Below are positions 1 to 8,907 of a stretch of 32,000 bases of DNA, piece by piece. The notes under the pieces are model-generated. The model was given only the letters and a program-made list of their open reading frames with translations, searched no databases and was not told the DNA's origin. How positions within the stretch are numbered: position 1 is the first letter of the stretch; every line of letters begins with the position of its first letter. Origin of the DNA: an uncultured archaeon (GTDB lineage Archaea; Micrarchaeota; Micrarchaeia; Micrarchaeales; CABMGC01); NCBI GenBank assembly GCA_963704435.1, contig OY969902.1, positions 240,001-272,000 of the forward strand. Reading direction: 5' to 3'. The position numbers were made by a program, and so were the translations under genes.

Positions 1-90
1 GCCGAAGAGCTCCCTCCATTTCTTCATCGCGCTGCCAGGGCTGTCGGACATCGCTATCTCTCCCGCTATCCTTTCCTGCAGGTTCTCCAT
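1..90 (-). CDS. N-terminus of a truncated gene, possible archaeal HTH transcriptional regulator (MENLQERIAGEIAMSDSPGSAMKKWRELFG...)
   Basis: Open frame from CAT at 88-90 running off the left window edge; the N-terminal 'GEIxxSDxPGxxxxKWRExFG' resembles the leader before the HTH of archaeal XRE-like regulators (by eye). Confidence 0.5.
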   Translation of the reverse strand, partial: MENLQERIAGEIAMSDSPGSAMKKWRELFG

Positions 91-234
91 GGAACCAATA
101 TTGCAGCGGGAGGTTTAATAAGATATCTGACGAACTGCCATACGGCAGTTCCGGCGCATACCTTCCTCTATCGGCGCATGCCCAAATGGCCCGTCCCGGC
201 ACTACAAATTTTGGTATGAATGCTATAAAAAATC

Positions 235-513
235 ATGCGTCGACAGTATCAGGTTGGTGATGGCGTGGCGATGGGCCTGTACGAGTGCAAAAGATATTCG
301 GATAGGGCGTTCAATGAGCCCGACGAGATTGTGGAATCTGTGGACACCGGGGAGCATGAGGAGCGGATGGGCGCGCTGCTGATATGGGCGGGCAGCGTCG
401 AAGAAGCGAAGGAGATGTTCAGGGCGTACGAGGGCGGCGGGGCCCCGTGCGAGATAGTCCTGATAAGGCTCGGCGCGGAAAGCAGGATCATATACGACAA
501 CGATGTCAGATGA
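235..513 (+). CDS. Small hypothetical protein (real start may be an internal ATG)
   Basis: ORF track; acidic, soluble, no recognised family. Confidence 0.5.
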   Translation: MRRQYQVGDGVAMGLYECKRYSDRAFNEPDEIVESVDTGEHEERMGALLIWAGSVEEAKEMFRAYEGGGAPCEIVLIRLGAESRIIYDNDVR

Positions 514-516
514 GAC

Positions 517-1227
517 CTAGCCGGAATCCTTCCTCTTCGCCTTCGGCTTGGCCTTCTGCCTCTTCTCCAGCTCGGCGTACTCCTTCTTCGCGGCCTCGTC
601 CGCCTTCGTGACGGCCTGCTCCCTCGCCGCTCCGTCCTTGGGCTTCAGGAAGAGCGAGACGATCGCTATTATTATCCCGGAGATCATCAGCAGGACGGAC
701 GCGCCGCCGAGGATGACCGAGATGTAGGTCGAGCTGAGCTGCGACTGGGTGACGCTGAGGTAGCTGACCGCGACCTGGCTCGGCCCGCTAGCGCTGGCGC
801 CGAACAGGGCGTAGTAGTCGCCCCCGGACAGCATGGTCGAGTTAGCGAGGTAGGGGACCTGCGACGAAGAGAACGGGAAGGTGCCCTTGGTGATGTTGCT
901 ATATATGGCGTAGACTCCGTTTCCCTCCAGGCCCGCTGCCGCGGTCCCGGCGCCCTTGCCGGACGCGCTCGCCGCGCTTATCGCGCTGAACGCGCTCTGG
1001 TTCGCGAAATAGAAGTTCACGCTGCTGGTGGCGTTGTACGAGAGGATGACCATGCCCGACTGGTTGAGGAATATCCTGACATAGCTCAGGGGAGACCCCG
1101 CCCCGAGCGAGACGGTGTTGGTGACCGGGACCACTCCCGCAGGTATGGCCGTCTGCACGGCGACCAGGGCGAGAACCAGTCCGACGACGAATACGATAAG
1201 GCCTATGTAGAGCAGCTTCTTCCTCAT
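517..1227 (-). CDS. Hypothetical membrane protein, N- and C-proximal TM helices, Lys-rich cytoplasmic tail
   Basis: LLYIGLIVFVVGLVLALVAV and GGASVLLMISGIIIAIVSLFL hydrophobic segments; tail EKRQKAKPKAKRKDSG. Confidence 0.75.
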   Translation of the reverse strand: MRKKLLYIGLIVFVVGLVLALVAVQTAIPAGVVPVTNTVSLGAGSPLSYVRIFLNQSGMVILSYNATSSVNFYFANQSAFSAISAASASGKGAGTAAAGLEGNGVYAIYSNITKGTFPFSSSQVPYLANSTMLSGGDYYALFGASASGPSQVAVSYLSVTQSQLSSTYISVILGGASVLLMISGIIIAIVSLFLKPKDGAAREQAVTKADEAAKKEYAELEKRQKAKPKAKRKDSG

Positions 1228-1293
1228 GCCATCGCATAATCTTGCATATGCGAATATTTAAATTGTGATGAGTCATTATAACGCTGTGATCGC

Positions 1294-2022
1294 TTGACCA
1301 ACTACATCAAAACGGGCGTGACGGGCCTCGACGCCATGCTGTACGGCGGCATACCGGAGAAGAACCAGGTGCTGCTGGCAGGGGGGCCTGGCACGGGCAA
1401 GACCCTGCTGTCGTTCGAGTACCTGTACAGGAACGCCAAGGCGGGCAATACGTCGCTCTTCTTCGCGCTCGAGGAGGACCCGAAGAGGATCGTCGACAAC
1501 TTCAAGTCGGCATTCACCGAGCTGAAGGACGTGGACAGCCTGCTGAACAGCAAGAAGCTGATAATAGACGGCCAGGACCCGTCGCTGCTGCTGCACGCGG
1601 GCGCGGGCGAGTCGTCGCCGTACGAGTTCGGGAAGGTCATAGCCGACATGGAGTCGCTCGTGGTGTCCACCGGAGCGACCAGGGTCGTCGTGGACTCGCT
1701 CTCGGTGCTCGAGATGCTGATAAGCGAGCCCTCGATATACAGGAAGTCGATGCTCGCGCTGTCGAACAACCTCAGGAGGCTGGGTGTGACCTCGATACTC
1801 ACGAGCGAGATGCCGACGCCTGAGAGGGACAAGCTGGAGTTCAGGACGGAGTTCTTCATCTTCGACGGCATAATGATACTTTACGAGACCGGCGAGGAGG
1901 CGAGGAGGATAACCGCGATGGAGATCATAAAGATGCGGGGCTCCAAGCACAGCTTCGTCACCACGCCTTACGAGATAACGCCCAACGGCTTCAACGTGAT
2001 AGCCGCGGAAGGGATGGTCTAG
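1294..2022 (+). CDS. KaiC-like RecA-superfamily ATPase
   Basis: TGVTGLDAMLYGGIPEKNQVLLAGGPGTGKTLLSFEYLYRNA Walker A and KaiC-domain start; VVVDSLSVLE Walker B-like. Confidence 0.9.
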   Translation: MTNYIKTGVTGLDAMLYGGIPEKNQVLLAGGPGTGKTLLSFEYLYRNAKAGNTSLFFALEEDPKRIVDNFKSAFTELKDVDSLLNSKKLIIDGQDPSLLLHAGAGESSPYEFGKVIADMESLVVSTGATRVVVDSLSVLEMLISEPSIYRKSMLALSNNLRRLGVTSILTSEMPTPERDKLEFRTEFFIFDGIMILYETGEEARRITAMEIIKMRGSKHSFVTTPYEITPNGFNVIAAEGMV

Positions 2023-2034
2023 CGACGATATGAT

Positions 2035-3093
2035 TTGATGGATTCGGGCGAAGGCAGGGCCGGGGAGGCCGTCACGCCGGACAGGATGAAGCTATACGTG
2101 GGAGCCGCGCTCGCGCTCCTGCTCGTAGCCGCCCTTTCGTACCTGCTGGTCCCGAGCGGAAGCGGGATCGGCGCGTGCGGCCGACTCCTCCTGCAGAACA
2201 GCAGGTACTCCTGCACCGAGGCCTACGCGGTCTCCGCGCTGAACGCCAGCGCGTGCGCAGGCATGCCGAGCGCGTATTCCGACCCGTGCTACCTGCAGAT
2301 CGCGCAGGCCAGGAACGACAGCTCGCTGTGCGCGAAGCTGAGCAGCCCTGCGGAGTCCTACTCCTGCGCCGAGGGGATATACGTCGCGAAGGGCGACTAT
2401 TCCGCGTGCGGCGGAATCGGCCAGCCGTATTCGGGCATGTGCAGGGAGGCGATAGCCGAGAAGCTCGGCAACCAGTCGATGTGCGGCGGCATAGGCAACG
2501 AGACCGACACCGACGTCTGCGTCTCGGAGATCGGGATAAGCGGGATGCTGAGCTCGGGGAACGTGTCGCGCTGCGCCGGAGTGGCCGGAGTCGACGACAA
2601 TAACATCACCGGCCAGGTGATATCGAACTTCAGCTACTCGTCAGGGGGCGCCTACGCGAACCTGACGGTCGGGCTGGAGGCGCTGGCGCTGGTGCCGAAC
2701 TCCTACTTCAGCGCGAGGGACTTCTGCTATGCCCTTGCAGCGTCGCGCCTGTCCGAGGAGGCGCTCTGCCTGAACATCGGAGACAGCAACGCCAGGGCCA
2801 TATGCGACTCGAACGCGGGGTTGCGGGCTACGGCCAACACGACGTTCAACTACACGCAATCGCTCGCTGACTGCGCGGAGATGCCCGGGTCTGAGGCGCA
2901 GGTGTGCGAACAGGCGACCGCGCTCGAGCAGGCGGTAGTGACCAGGAACGCCAGCCTGTGCGGAACGCTCAACGGCGTCTTCTACACCGGCTGCTACTCC
3001 GCCCTCGCAAAGGCTTACCAGAATTCCAGCTACTGCGGATACATCACGAACGCCACCGATAGGGTCTCGTGCGAGGGCAACGCGTCGAGTTGA
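2035..3093 (+). CDS. Cysteine-rich membrane-anchored extracytoplasmic protein
   Basis: N-terminal TM (LYVGAALALLLVAALSYLLV) followed by regularly spaced Cys and many N-x-S/T motifs. Confidence 0.75.
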   Translation: MMDSGEGRAGEAVTPDRMKLYVGAALALLLVAALSYLLVPSGSGIGACGRLLLQNSRYSCTEAYAVSALNASACAGMPSAYSDPCYLQIAQARNDSSLCAKLSSPAESYSCAEGIYVAKGDYSACGGIGQPYSGMCREAIAEKLGNQSMCGGIGNETDTDVCVSEIGISGMLSSGNVSRCAGVAGVDDNNITGQVISNFSYSSGGAYANLTVGLEALALVPNSYFSARDFCYALAASRLSEEALCLNIGDSNARAICDSNAGLRATANTTFNYTQSLADCAEMPGSEAQVCEQATALEQAVVTRNASLCGTLNGVFYTGCYSALAKAYQNSSYCGYITNATDRVSCEGNASS

Positions 3094-3097
3094 TGGA

Positions 3098-4525
3098 TTG
3101 GCGAAGGAAATCAAGGGAATCGTCACCTGCATAAGGCACCGCGCGGGCCTTTCGGGCGACGACTACTTCATCGTGGCGGAGGAGGGCGGGGCGCTATCTA
3201 CGCTGCCGCTGAAGAGCGGGACGCTACTGAACATCGGAGAGTTCATGAAATTCTCAGTCGAGGAGGGAGCTGTGAAAGGCGCATGGCCAGCCGAGGACGG
3301 GAAGGACCTCGCAAGGATACGCGCCATAATAGACGAGCGGGAGGAGGACCTGCGCTCCGACAGGTACCGGACAGGGATCGACGAGGTTGACGGGATCACG
3401 TCGCGCATGTGGGAGCCGCTCTCCAGGGCCGCTTCCCTGCTGCTGCGGAAGCTGGCGGTCGCGGCCCCGATCACGGTCAGGTTCCACAACGACATCGACG
3501 GGGCATGCGGGGCCTTCTGCCTGAACAAGGCGATGGCGGATGCCGTCTCCAAGACGGGTAAGGACGGCTACTCGCCCAACATCCACTGGCGGATGCACGG
3601 CGGGGTGTCGTACGGAAGGATAGAGGCGACGAGCGACACGCTCGTGATGAACAACTACGAGTGCATCGAGAAGCCGCTGCTCGTGATACTAGACTTCGGG
3701 ACCGCGAAGGAGAGCAACCCGGGCGTGGATCTCGTCAGGGACAGGTTCGACATCATATGGCTGGACCACCATCCGATGGTCGACGGGTTCCAGGGAAGGG
3801 AGCTCAGCCACTACGTCAATCCGTGGCTCTTCGGCGGCGACTCCAACTACACGGCGGGGTTCCTGACGTGCGCATTCTCGAAGACGTTCGCGGACGTGGA
3901 TTCGCGCGACATAGAGAACGCGTCGTTCATCGGGGACTACAGCACATACGCGCGCCCTGATGAGGGAAGCAGGAGGCTGGCCGCGCTGCTCGACCTGATA
4001 ACGAGCGACACGAAGCTGGTGAACGGATCCGGGGGCGACAGCCTAGACCCGGCGCAGATAGAGGCGATGCTGAACGACGGGAAGAGGAGCGCTGACCTCA
4101 TCGCGTTCGCGGAGAACAGGGTCGCAGAGATGCTCGACACCGCACTGCGCTCCGTGAAAGTCTACAGCGGGAGCGAGGCGAAGATATACGTCGCGGACTT
4201 CGAGACCTTGAGGGGTGAGGAGGGGCACAGGTATCCGCTTCCTGGAAGGTTCGCATCGAAGCTGCTTGACAGGATAGAGGAGCTGAACACGGCCCCGTGC
4301 ATACTCCTGCTGCACTTCAAGTCATTCATATCGATAAGGATGAGCAAGCGGCTATCGGACAGCGTGGGCCTGCTGGAGGTGCTCGCGAAGGTGGGGGAGG
4401 AGCATCCTGACGACGTCGACTCGAGCGGCGGGCACAGCAACGCCGCGAGCATAAAGCTGAGGGGTGATTCGAGCAAGAAGGAGATAATAAAGGCGGTCGT
4501 CGACAAGCTCAAGGAGAGGGCGTAG
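3098..4525 (+). CDS. DHH-family phosphoesterase (archaeal RecJ-like)
   Basis: HNDIDGACGAFCLNKAM, VILDFGTAK, DIIWLDHHPMVDG, GGHSNAASIKL motifs of DHH/DHHA1 proteins. Confidence 0.85.
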   Translation: MAKEIKGIVTCIRHRAGLSGDDYFIVAEEGGALSTLPLKSGTLLNIGEFMKFSVEEGAVKGAWPAEDGKDLARIRAIIDEREEDLRSDRYRTGIDEVDGITSRMWEPLSRAASLLLRKLAVAAPITVRFHNDIDGACGAFCLNKAMADAVSKTGKDGYSPNIHWRMHGGVSYGRIEATSDTLVMNNYECIEKPLLVILDFGTAKESNPGVDLVRDRFDIIWLDHHPMVDGFQGRELSHYVNPWLFGGDSNYTAGFLTCAFSKTFADVDSRDIENASFIGDYSTYARPDEGSRRLAALLDLITSDTKLVNGSGGDSLDPAQIEAMLNDGKRSADLIAFAENRVAEMLDTALRSVKVYSGSEAKIYVADFETLRGEEGHRYPLPGRFASKLLDRIEELNTAPCILLLHFKSFISIRMSKRLSDSVGLLEVLAKVGEEHPDDVDSSGGHSNAASIKLRGDSSKKEIIKAVVDKLKERA

Positions 4526-4527
4526 AA

Positions 4528-4734
4528 GCCTGGTACCCGGACATAGCGAAGGTGCTGACTAAGTACTACGGCTATGCCGCGAAGAGCAGGAAGGGCAGCC
4601 ATGTTTAGATGGCTGACGCATCGGGTCACAGGGTCACAATCCTTGCGACAAACGAGCAAGTGAACAGGCATAACTACCAATCGATACTGAGGCAAACAGG
4701 TCTTTCTAAGGCAGACATAGAAAAATACCTCTGA
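4528..4734 (+). pseudogene. HicA-like toxin remnant interrupted by an in-frame TAG
   Basis: Manual translation: WYPDIAKVLTKYYGYAAKSRKGSHV*MADASGHRVTILATNEQVNRHNYQSILRQTGLSKADIEKYL*. 'RKGSHV' and 'SILRQTGLSKADIEKYL' match the HicA pattern; the stop is at 4606-4608 and no obvious ATG lies at the 5' end. Confidence 0.65.
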
Positions 4735-4776
4735 GGCATCTTATCTCATGCTGAATAGCGAAACCTGCCTTGCGGA

Positions 4777-5370
4777 CTACGCCTTGCCCAGCTCGGGATG
4801 CTCCGCCTCGAACTCCGCCTGCCATTCGCGGAACTCCGCGAGCTTCTTCTTCTCGGCGGCGCCCATTTTCTTCTCGTACTTCGCCTTCATCCCCCTCTCC
4901 CACTCCTCGAGCGTGAATCCGTAAGGCGGCCTCTCTCGTATCGTCTTCGGGCTGTAGTAGCGACCGTAGACCTCTCTGTAGTAGTCGATCTCCCTCGACT
5001 CCGCCTTCGCGGCGTCGGCGTGCACGCCCTCGTTAGCGAGGAAATCCACGATGCCCTTCAGGCTTATCTTCTCGTTCCTGTTCGCGGCGTCCTCTGGATT
5101 GTACAGCACCCGTATGGTCCGTCCTTCGAAATCGACGGACGCCATGAGCACCGGCTCCATCAGGATCAGCCGGTACTGCAGCCTCGCCGCGCGCTCCGCA
5201 TCCTTGAGCCCGTCCCCGCTCGCGTTCTTGAAGACGACCTCCCTCACCTTCTTGTACGGGACCATGTACTTCCCGCCGTTGTCCTCGATGTACTCGCTGC
5301 TCGCGCTCAGTTCTGCGCCGCTGTTCTTGGCGTAGAAGCTTCTGTAATCCCTCTCGCGCTTGTCCATCAA
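4777..5370 (-). CDS. Hypothetical soluble protein
   Basis: ORF track; 7 nt from the radical SAM gene's 3' end, same strand. Confidence 0.75.
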   Translation of the reverse strand: MMDKRERDYRSFYAKNSGAELSASSEYIEDNGGKYMVPYKKVREVVFKNASGDGLKDAERAARLQYRLILMEPVLMASVDFEGRTIRVLYNPEDAANRNEKISLKGIVDFLANEGVHADAAKAESREIDYYREVYGRYYSPKTIRERPPYGFTLEEWERGMKAKYEKKMGAAEKKKLAEFREWQAEFEAEHPELGKA

Positions 5371-5376
5371 ATTCCC

Positions 5377-7140
5377 CTATGCGTCATTCCCCGCTTGTGC
5401 AGGCCGCGAATTCACGGGCAGAGAGAACAGGTCTACGATGCTGCCGTAGGTCCGCTTGTACTCCTCCCTCGACTCAAGCTCCTGCACGTCTCTCCTGTAC
5501 TTGTCGGCCGCGTAGCTCCATCCAGGATGCAGCGCCGCCCACTCCTTGCTCGGTATCGCGTAAGCCCTCTGCACCTTGTCCCTGTACAGCTCGGGCATTA
5601 CGTTGAACGTGCAGAACGGCACGGTCCTCCCGTCCGGGAGCGTGTAATGGACCTCGCACTTCTCGACCCTCTTTATGTCATAGTTGTACTCGTCCTGGAA
5701 ATGCATCATGCCGAGGAACAGAGTCTTCATCTGCAGGTCGGCCATGCTCTTGAAGTCGTGCTTGGTCAGTATGCCGGTGAGCAGCTTCGCGAAGTTCACC
5801 GACTTGGGCTGCTTTTCCTTGTCTATGAACTTGAGCGCGCCCGCGAGGGTCTTGGCCGCGATGAGCTTGCGCTCTATCATGCTCTTGCCCTCCATCTCGC
5901 CTGTCGCATTCTGGAGGTGTTCGACCAGCCCCGCGGCGTCGACGAACCTGGTTATCGGTATCACCCTGTTGTCGCTGTCGAGGAACAGGTAGGTGCCCGC
6001 ACCGCACGCGAAGTGCGTGGACAGGTCGTACTTGTACTCCCCGGTGAGCGCCTCGAGGAACTTGTTTATCCCGCCCGTGTACGGCACCGAGAACCAGTCC
6101 TCCCTCGCGACCACGCCATGGGTCTGCTCCTCTATGAGCTTTATCGCGCCGGGGATCGTTATCCTCTGCCTCTCCCTCTGGCCGGTCGGCATCCTCCCGA
6201 CCAGCGATACCGGCTGGAAGTTGATCGCCCTCACGATGTCGAGGTTGTTGAGCGCGAAGTTCACCATCGCGCCGAGCTCGTTGTCGTTCGACGTCCTTAT
6301 CACGGTCGGAGTCAGCACGATCCCTATCCCCGCCTTCCTTGCCGCGCTGAGTATGAGCGGTATCTCCCAGTGGTTCTTCGGGTTCGCCCTCTTGCTCACT
6401 CCGTCGAAGCTCATGTATAGCGTGCTGACCCCCTCGTGCCTCAGCCGCACCATGAGGTCCGGGTCGAAGCCGAGCCGTATCGCGGTTGTGTTCAGCTGTA
6501 TCTGGTCGAAGCCCGCCTCCTTCGCCTTCCTCACTATCTCGGGCAGGTCGGCCCTCATGGTCGGCTCCCCGCCGGTGAGCTGTATCGCGTTGGAGGCCAC
6601 GGGCTTCTGCGCCCTGAGCTTCCTGAACATGCGGTCCAGCTCGTCGAGCGTGGGCTCATATATCGGCTCGTTGCGCTGATCCATGGTGCCGAAGAAGCAG
6701 TAGCTGCAGGAGAGGTGGCAGCGGTTCGTCACCACGACGTTTATCAGGCCGCTGTGCGACTTGTGCCTCTCGCATATGCCGCAGTCGAACGGGCAGTTCT
6801 TGCCCTCGTTGACGTAATCGGGATTGTCGAGCCCCCTTCCGTCATAGTTGTACTTCTTCATCTTCGCGTACATGTCATAGTCCTCCCAGTACTTCTCGAC
6901 GGTCAGGCCGTGCTCCGGGCAGCGCTTCCTTATCATGACGAAGTCCCCGTCGCGGTACAGAATACCGTCGATGATCAGCTTGCACTCCGGGCAGATCGTC
7001 TTCGTCCTGTCGACGACGGGCATCCGCTCCATCTCCTCGGCGGTCCTGTAGTAGGGCGCGGTAAGAGGATCGTGCGCCTCACTGCCGCTCGCATGCACGT
7101 GCGCATCCGTGGATTTGGCATCGCCATGGCCGGAAATCAT
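5377..7140 (-). CDS. Radical SAM enzyme, tetraether lipid synthase (Tes)-like family
   Basis: CPECKLIIDGILYRDGDFVMIRKRCPEHG N-terminal module, NCPFDCGIC, radical SAM CHLSCSYC, TGGEPT, C-terminal Cys residues. Confidence 0.85.
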   Translation of the reverse strand: MISGHGDAKSTDAHVHASGSEAHDPLTAPYYRTAEEMERMPVVDRTKTICPECKLIIDGILYRDGDFVMIRKRCPEHGLTVEKYWEDYDMYAKMKKYNYDGRGLDNPDYVNEGKNCPFDCGICERHKSHSGLINVVVTNRCHLSCSYCFFGTMDQRNEPIYEPTLDELDRMFRKLRAQKPVASNAIQLTGGEPTMRADLPEIVRKAKEAGFDQIQLNTTAIRLGFDPDLMVRLRHEGVSTLYMSFDGVSKRANPKNHWEIPLILSAARKAGIGIVLTPTVIRTSNDNELGAMVNFALNNLDIVRAINFQPVSLVGRMPTGQRERQRITIPGAIKLIEEQTHGVVAREDWFSVPYTGGINKFLEALTGEYKYDLSTHFACGAGTYLFLDSDNRVIPITRFVDAAGLVEHLQNATGEMEGKSMIERKLIAAKTLAGALKFIDKEKQPKSVNFAKLLTGILTKHDFKSMADLQMKTLFLGMMHFQDEYNYDIKRVEKCEVHYTLPDGRTVPFCTFNVMPELYRDKVQRAYAIPSKEWAALHPGWSYAADKYRRDVQELESREEYKRTYGSIVDLFSLPVNSRPAQAGNDA

Positions 7141-7208
7141 ACCTGCACCTACGACATAAAAATGATATTATTACTGAGTTATGAAAAACTGTTATTTATA
7201 CCTGAGGG

Positions 7209-8798
7209 TCACTCTGGCTTGCGCTTCTTCTTCCCCTTGAACCCGGTCTTGGCGCCGCTCCTGAAGCCGCCTTCGCGGCTCGGATAAGGCTTGCGCGGGA
7301 AACCTCCCTCGCGGTTTGAGTATGACCTCCTCTGAGGGAAGCCACCGCCTTCGCGGTTCTGGTAGGGTCTCCTCTCCGAGAAGCTGCTTCCTTCGCGGTT
7401 CTGGTAGGGCCTCCTCTGCGGGAAACCGCCCTCGCGATCGGAGTATGGCCTTCGCGGGAAGCCGCTTCCTTCGCGGTTCTGGTAGGGTCTCCTCTCCTGG
7501 AAGCCGCCTCCCTCGCGGTTCTGGTATGGCCTGCGCTGGAAATTCCCTTCGCGATTCTGGTATGGTCTGCGCGGAAAACTTCCGCCTTCGCGGTTCTGGT
7601 AGGGCCTTCTCTCCTGGAAGCTGCCTCCTTCGCGATTCTGGTAGGGCCTCCGCGGGAAACTGCCGCTCTCCCTGTTTTGGTAGGGCCTTCTCTCCTGGAA
7701 GCTGCCTCCTTCGCGGTTCTGGTAGGGCCTCCTCTGCGGGAATCCCTCTTCGCGCCTGCTGCTGTCATAGCTCTTCCTGAAGCCGCCCGCCCTCTCGCCC
7801 TCCTGCGAATATTTCCTGTACTGCGGAGCGCCTTCCCTCGGATAGGCCTTCTCCCCTTGCGGCCGGTATGGCCGGCTGGCCTGACCTTGAGCGCGCATCA
7901 CCGTCCTGGGCTTCCACTCCTGCCTCTGCCTCTGGTACTGCTGCGGCTGCTCGGGACCGCGCTCCCTAGGAGGCGACGCGTTTATGCGCGCGATGCCCTT
8001 GTCGAGCGACTCCTTCAGCGTCTCGCCTATGAACCTCTTCGAGATCGAGTCCGCCCGCGCGGCTATGCTGATCTTCGTCGCGAAGATCCTCGCTATCTTG
8101 CCCTTGTTGCCGCGGTCCGCGCTCGCGACCTCCTTCAGCTTGAACAGTATCCCGTACTTGGGCGGCTTGCTCCCGGAGCGCAGGTGCCTGAAGAGCGCCT
8201 TCTCCGCGCCGAGCAGCTGTATCGTGCTCGCCGGCATGTCGGCAAGCTTGGAGAGCGAGCCCGCCTTGGCCAGCAGCTCCGCCGCGACCTTGTAATCGAC
8301 CAGGTAGGCTATGTTCGGCATCGACTTCGGCACGTTCTCCTTCAGGAACTCGTCGAGCTCCTTCTCGAGCGCGAAGAGGCCCAGCTCGGTCTCGGCCATG
8401 CTCTTCATGACGAGGTACTCGTCCTCCTTCGGCTCGTTGCCTATGCTGTTCTTTATCAGCTCGAGTATGTCATCGGCCCGGTCCTTGGCCACCTTCCTTA
8501 GCGAATCAGCGCTGGCGCCCCTCTTGTCGGACCCCGCCTCCATGACGAATTTCGCGTACGCCTCCGCGCTGCCGAGGTCGAGCTCGGGGAAGTATATACC
8601 GTACCACTCCTCGAGCCTCTCGTGGAGCAGGTTCCTGTTGCGCTCCACCTCGTTGTAGGAGTTGATGGCCTGGGCGAGCGCGTGCTCCCCCGTGGAATAG
8701 GCTTCGCTCACCGCCTCCTTCGCGAGCGACAGTATCCTCTTCCTCTTCTCCTCGGGCGTCTCAGCCAAAATAAGCACCAGGATTAATTGGAATCGCAC
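7209..8798 (-). CDS. Nop5/Nop56-like C/D-box sRNP protein with long Arg/Gly-rich repeat C-terminus (true start probably TTG giving MAETPEEK...)
   Basis: MPASTIQLLGAEKALFRHLRSGSKPPKYGILF is the diagnostic Nop-domain block; the tail contains repeated RRPYQNREGG units. Confidence 0.9.
   Translation of the reverse strand: MRFQLILVLILAETPEEKRKRILSLAKEAVSEAYSTGEHALAQAINSYNEVERNRNLLHERLEEWYGIYFPELDLGSAEAYAKFVMEAGSDKRGASADSLRKVAKDRADDILELIKNSIGNEPKEDEYLVMKSMAETELGLFALEKELDEFLKENVPKSMPNIAYLVDYKVAAELLAKAGSLSKLADMPASTIQLLGAEKALFRHLRSGSKPPKYGILFKLKEVASADRGNKGKIARIFATKISIAARADSISKRFIGETLKESLDKGIARINASPPRERGPEQPQQYQRQRQEWKPRTVMRAQGQASRPYRPQGEKAYPREGAPQYRKYSQEGERAGGFRKSYDSSRREEGFPQRRPYQNREGGSFQERRPYQNRESGSFPRRPYQNREGGSFQERRPYQNREGGSFPRRPYQNREGNFQRRPYQNREGGGFQERRPYQNREGSGFPRRPYSDREGGFPQRRPYQNREGSSFSERRPYQNREGGGFPQRRSYSNREGGFPRKPYPSREGGFRSGAKTGFKGKKKRKPE
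7260..7760 (-). repeat. Degenerate tandem repeat encoding about 12 units of [GS]F(P/Q)(E/Q)RRPYQNREGG (12-14 aa)
   Basis: Recurring 'ccctcgcggttctggtagggcc'-type blocks, roughly 36-42 nt period, inside the nop5 frame. Confidence 0.9.
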
Positions 8799-8876
8799 CT
8801 ATAAATATGTTACCGACCGAGGCAGAGCGCGCAAAAGGCGGAGCCAGCCAACCATTATAATTTTTGCTTACTGATA

Positions 8877-8892
8877 ATACTATACTTATATC
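8877..8892 (+). promoter_or_regulatory. Candidate archaeal TATA element upstream of the glyS-like gene
   Basis: A/T-rich 'actatacttatatcg' about 20-30 nt upstream of ATG 8908. Confidence 0.35.
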
Positions 8893-8907
8893 GTAGGGTC
8901 TGAGCAC

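Noticed and set aside
1276-1950. 224-aa minus-strand ORF opposite the KaiC-like gene
   Set aside because: Antisense shadow; KaiC-like frame has clear motifs.
4798-6420. 540-aa plus-strand ORF
   Set aside because: Antisense to the radical SAM gene; composition is low-complexity Arg/Leu/Val/His-rich as expected from the reverse of a GC-rich gene, no motifs.
7260-7760. CRISPR-like repetitive block
   Set aside because: Repeat units are in-frame codons of the Nop5 tail, period 36-42 nt with no unique spacers.
7196-7768. 190-aa out-of-frame repetitive ORF
   Set aside because: Alternative-frame translation of the nop5 repeats.
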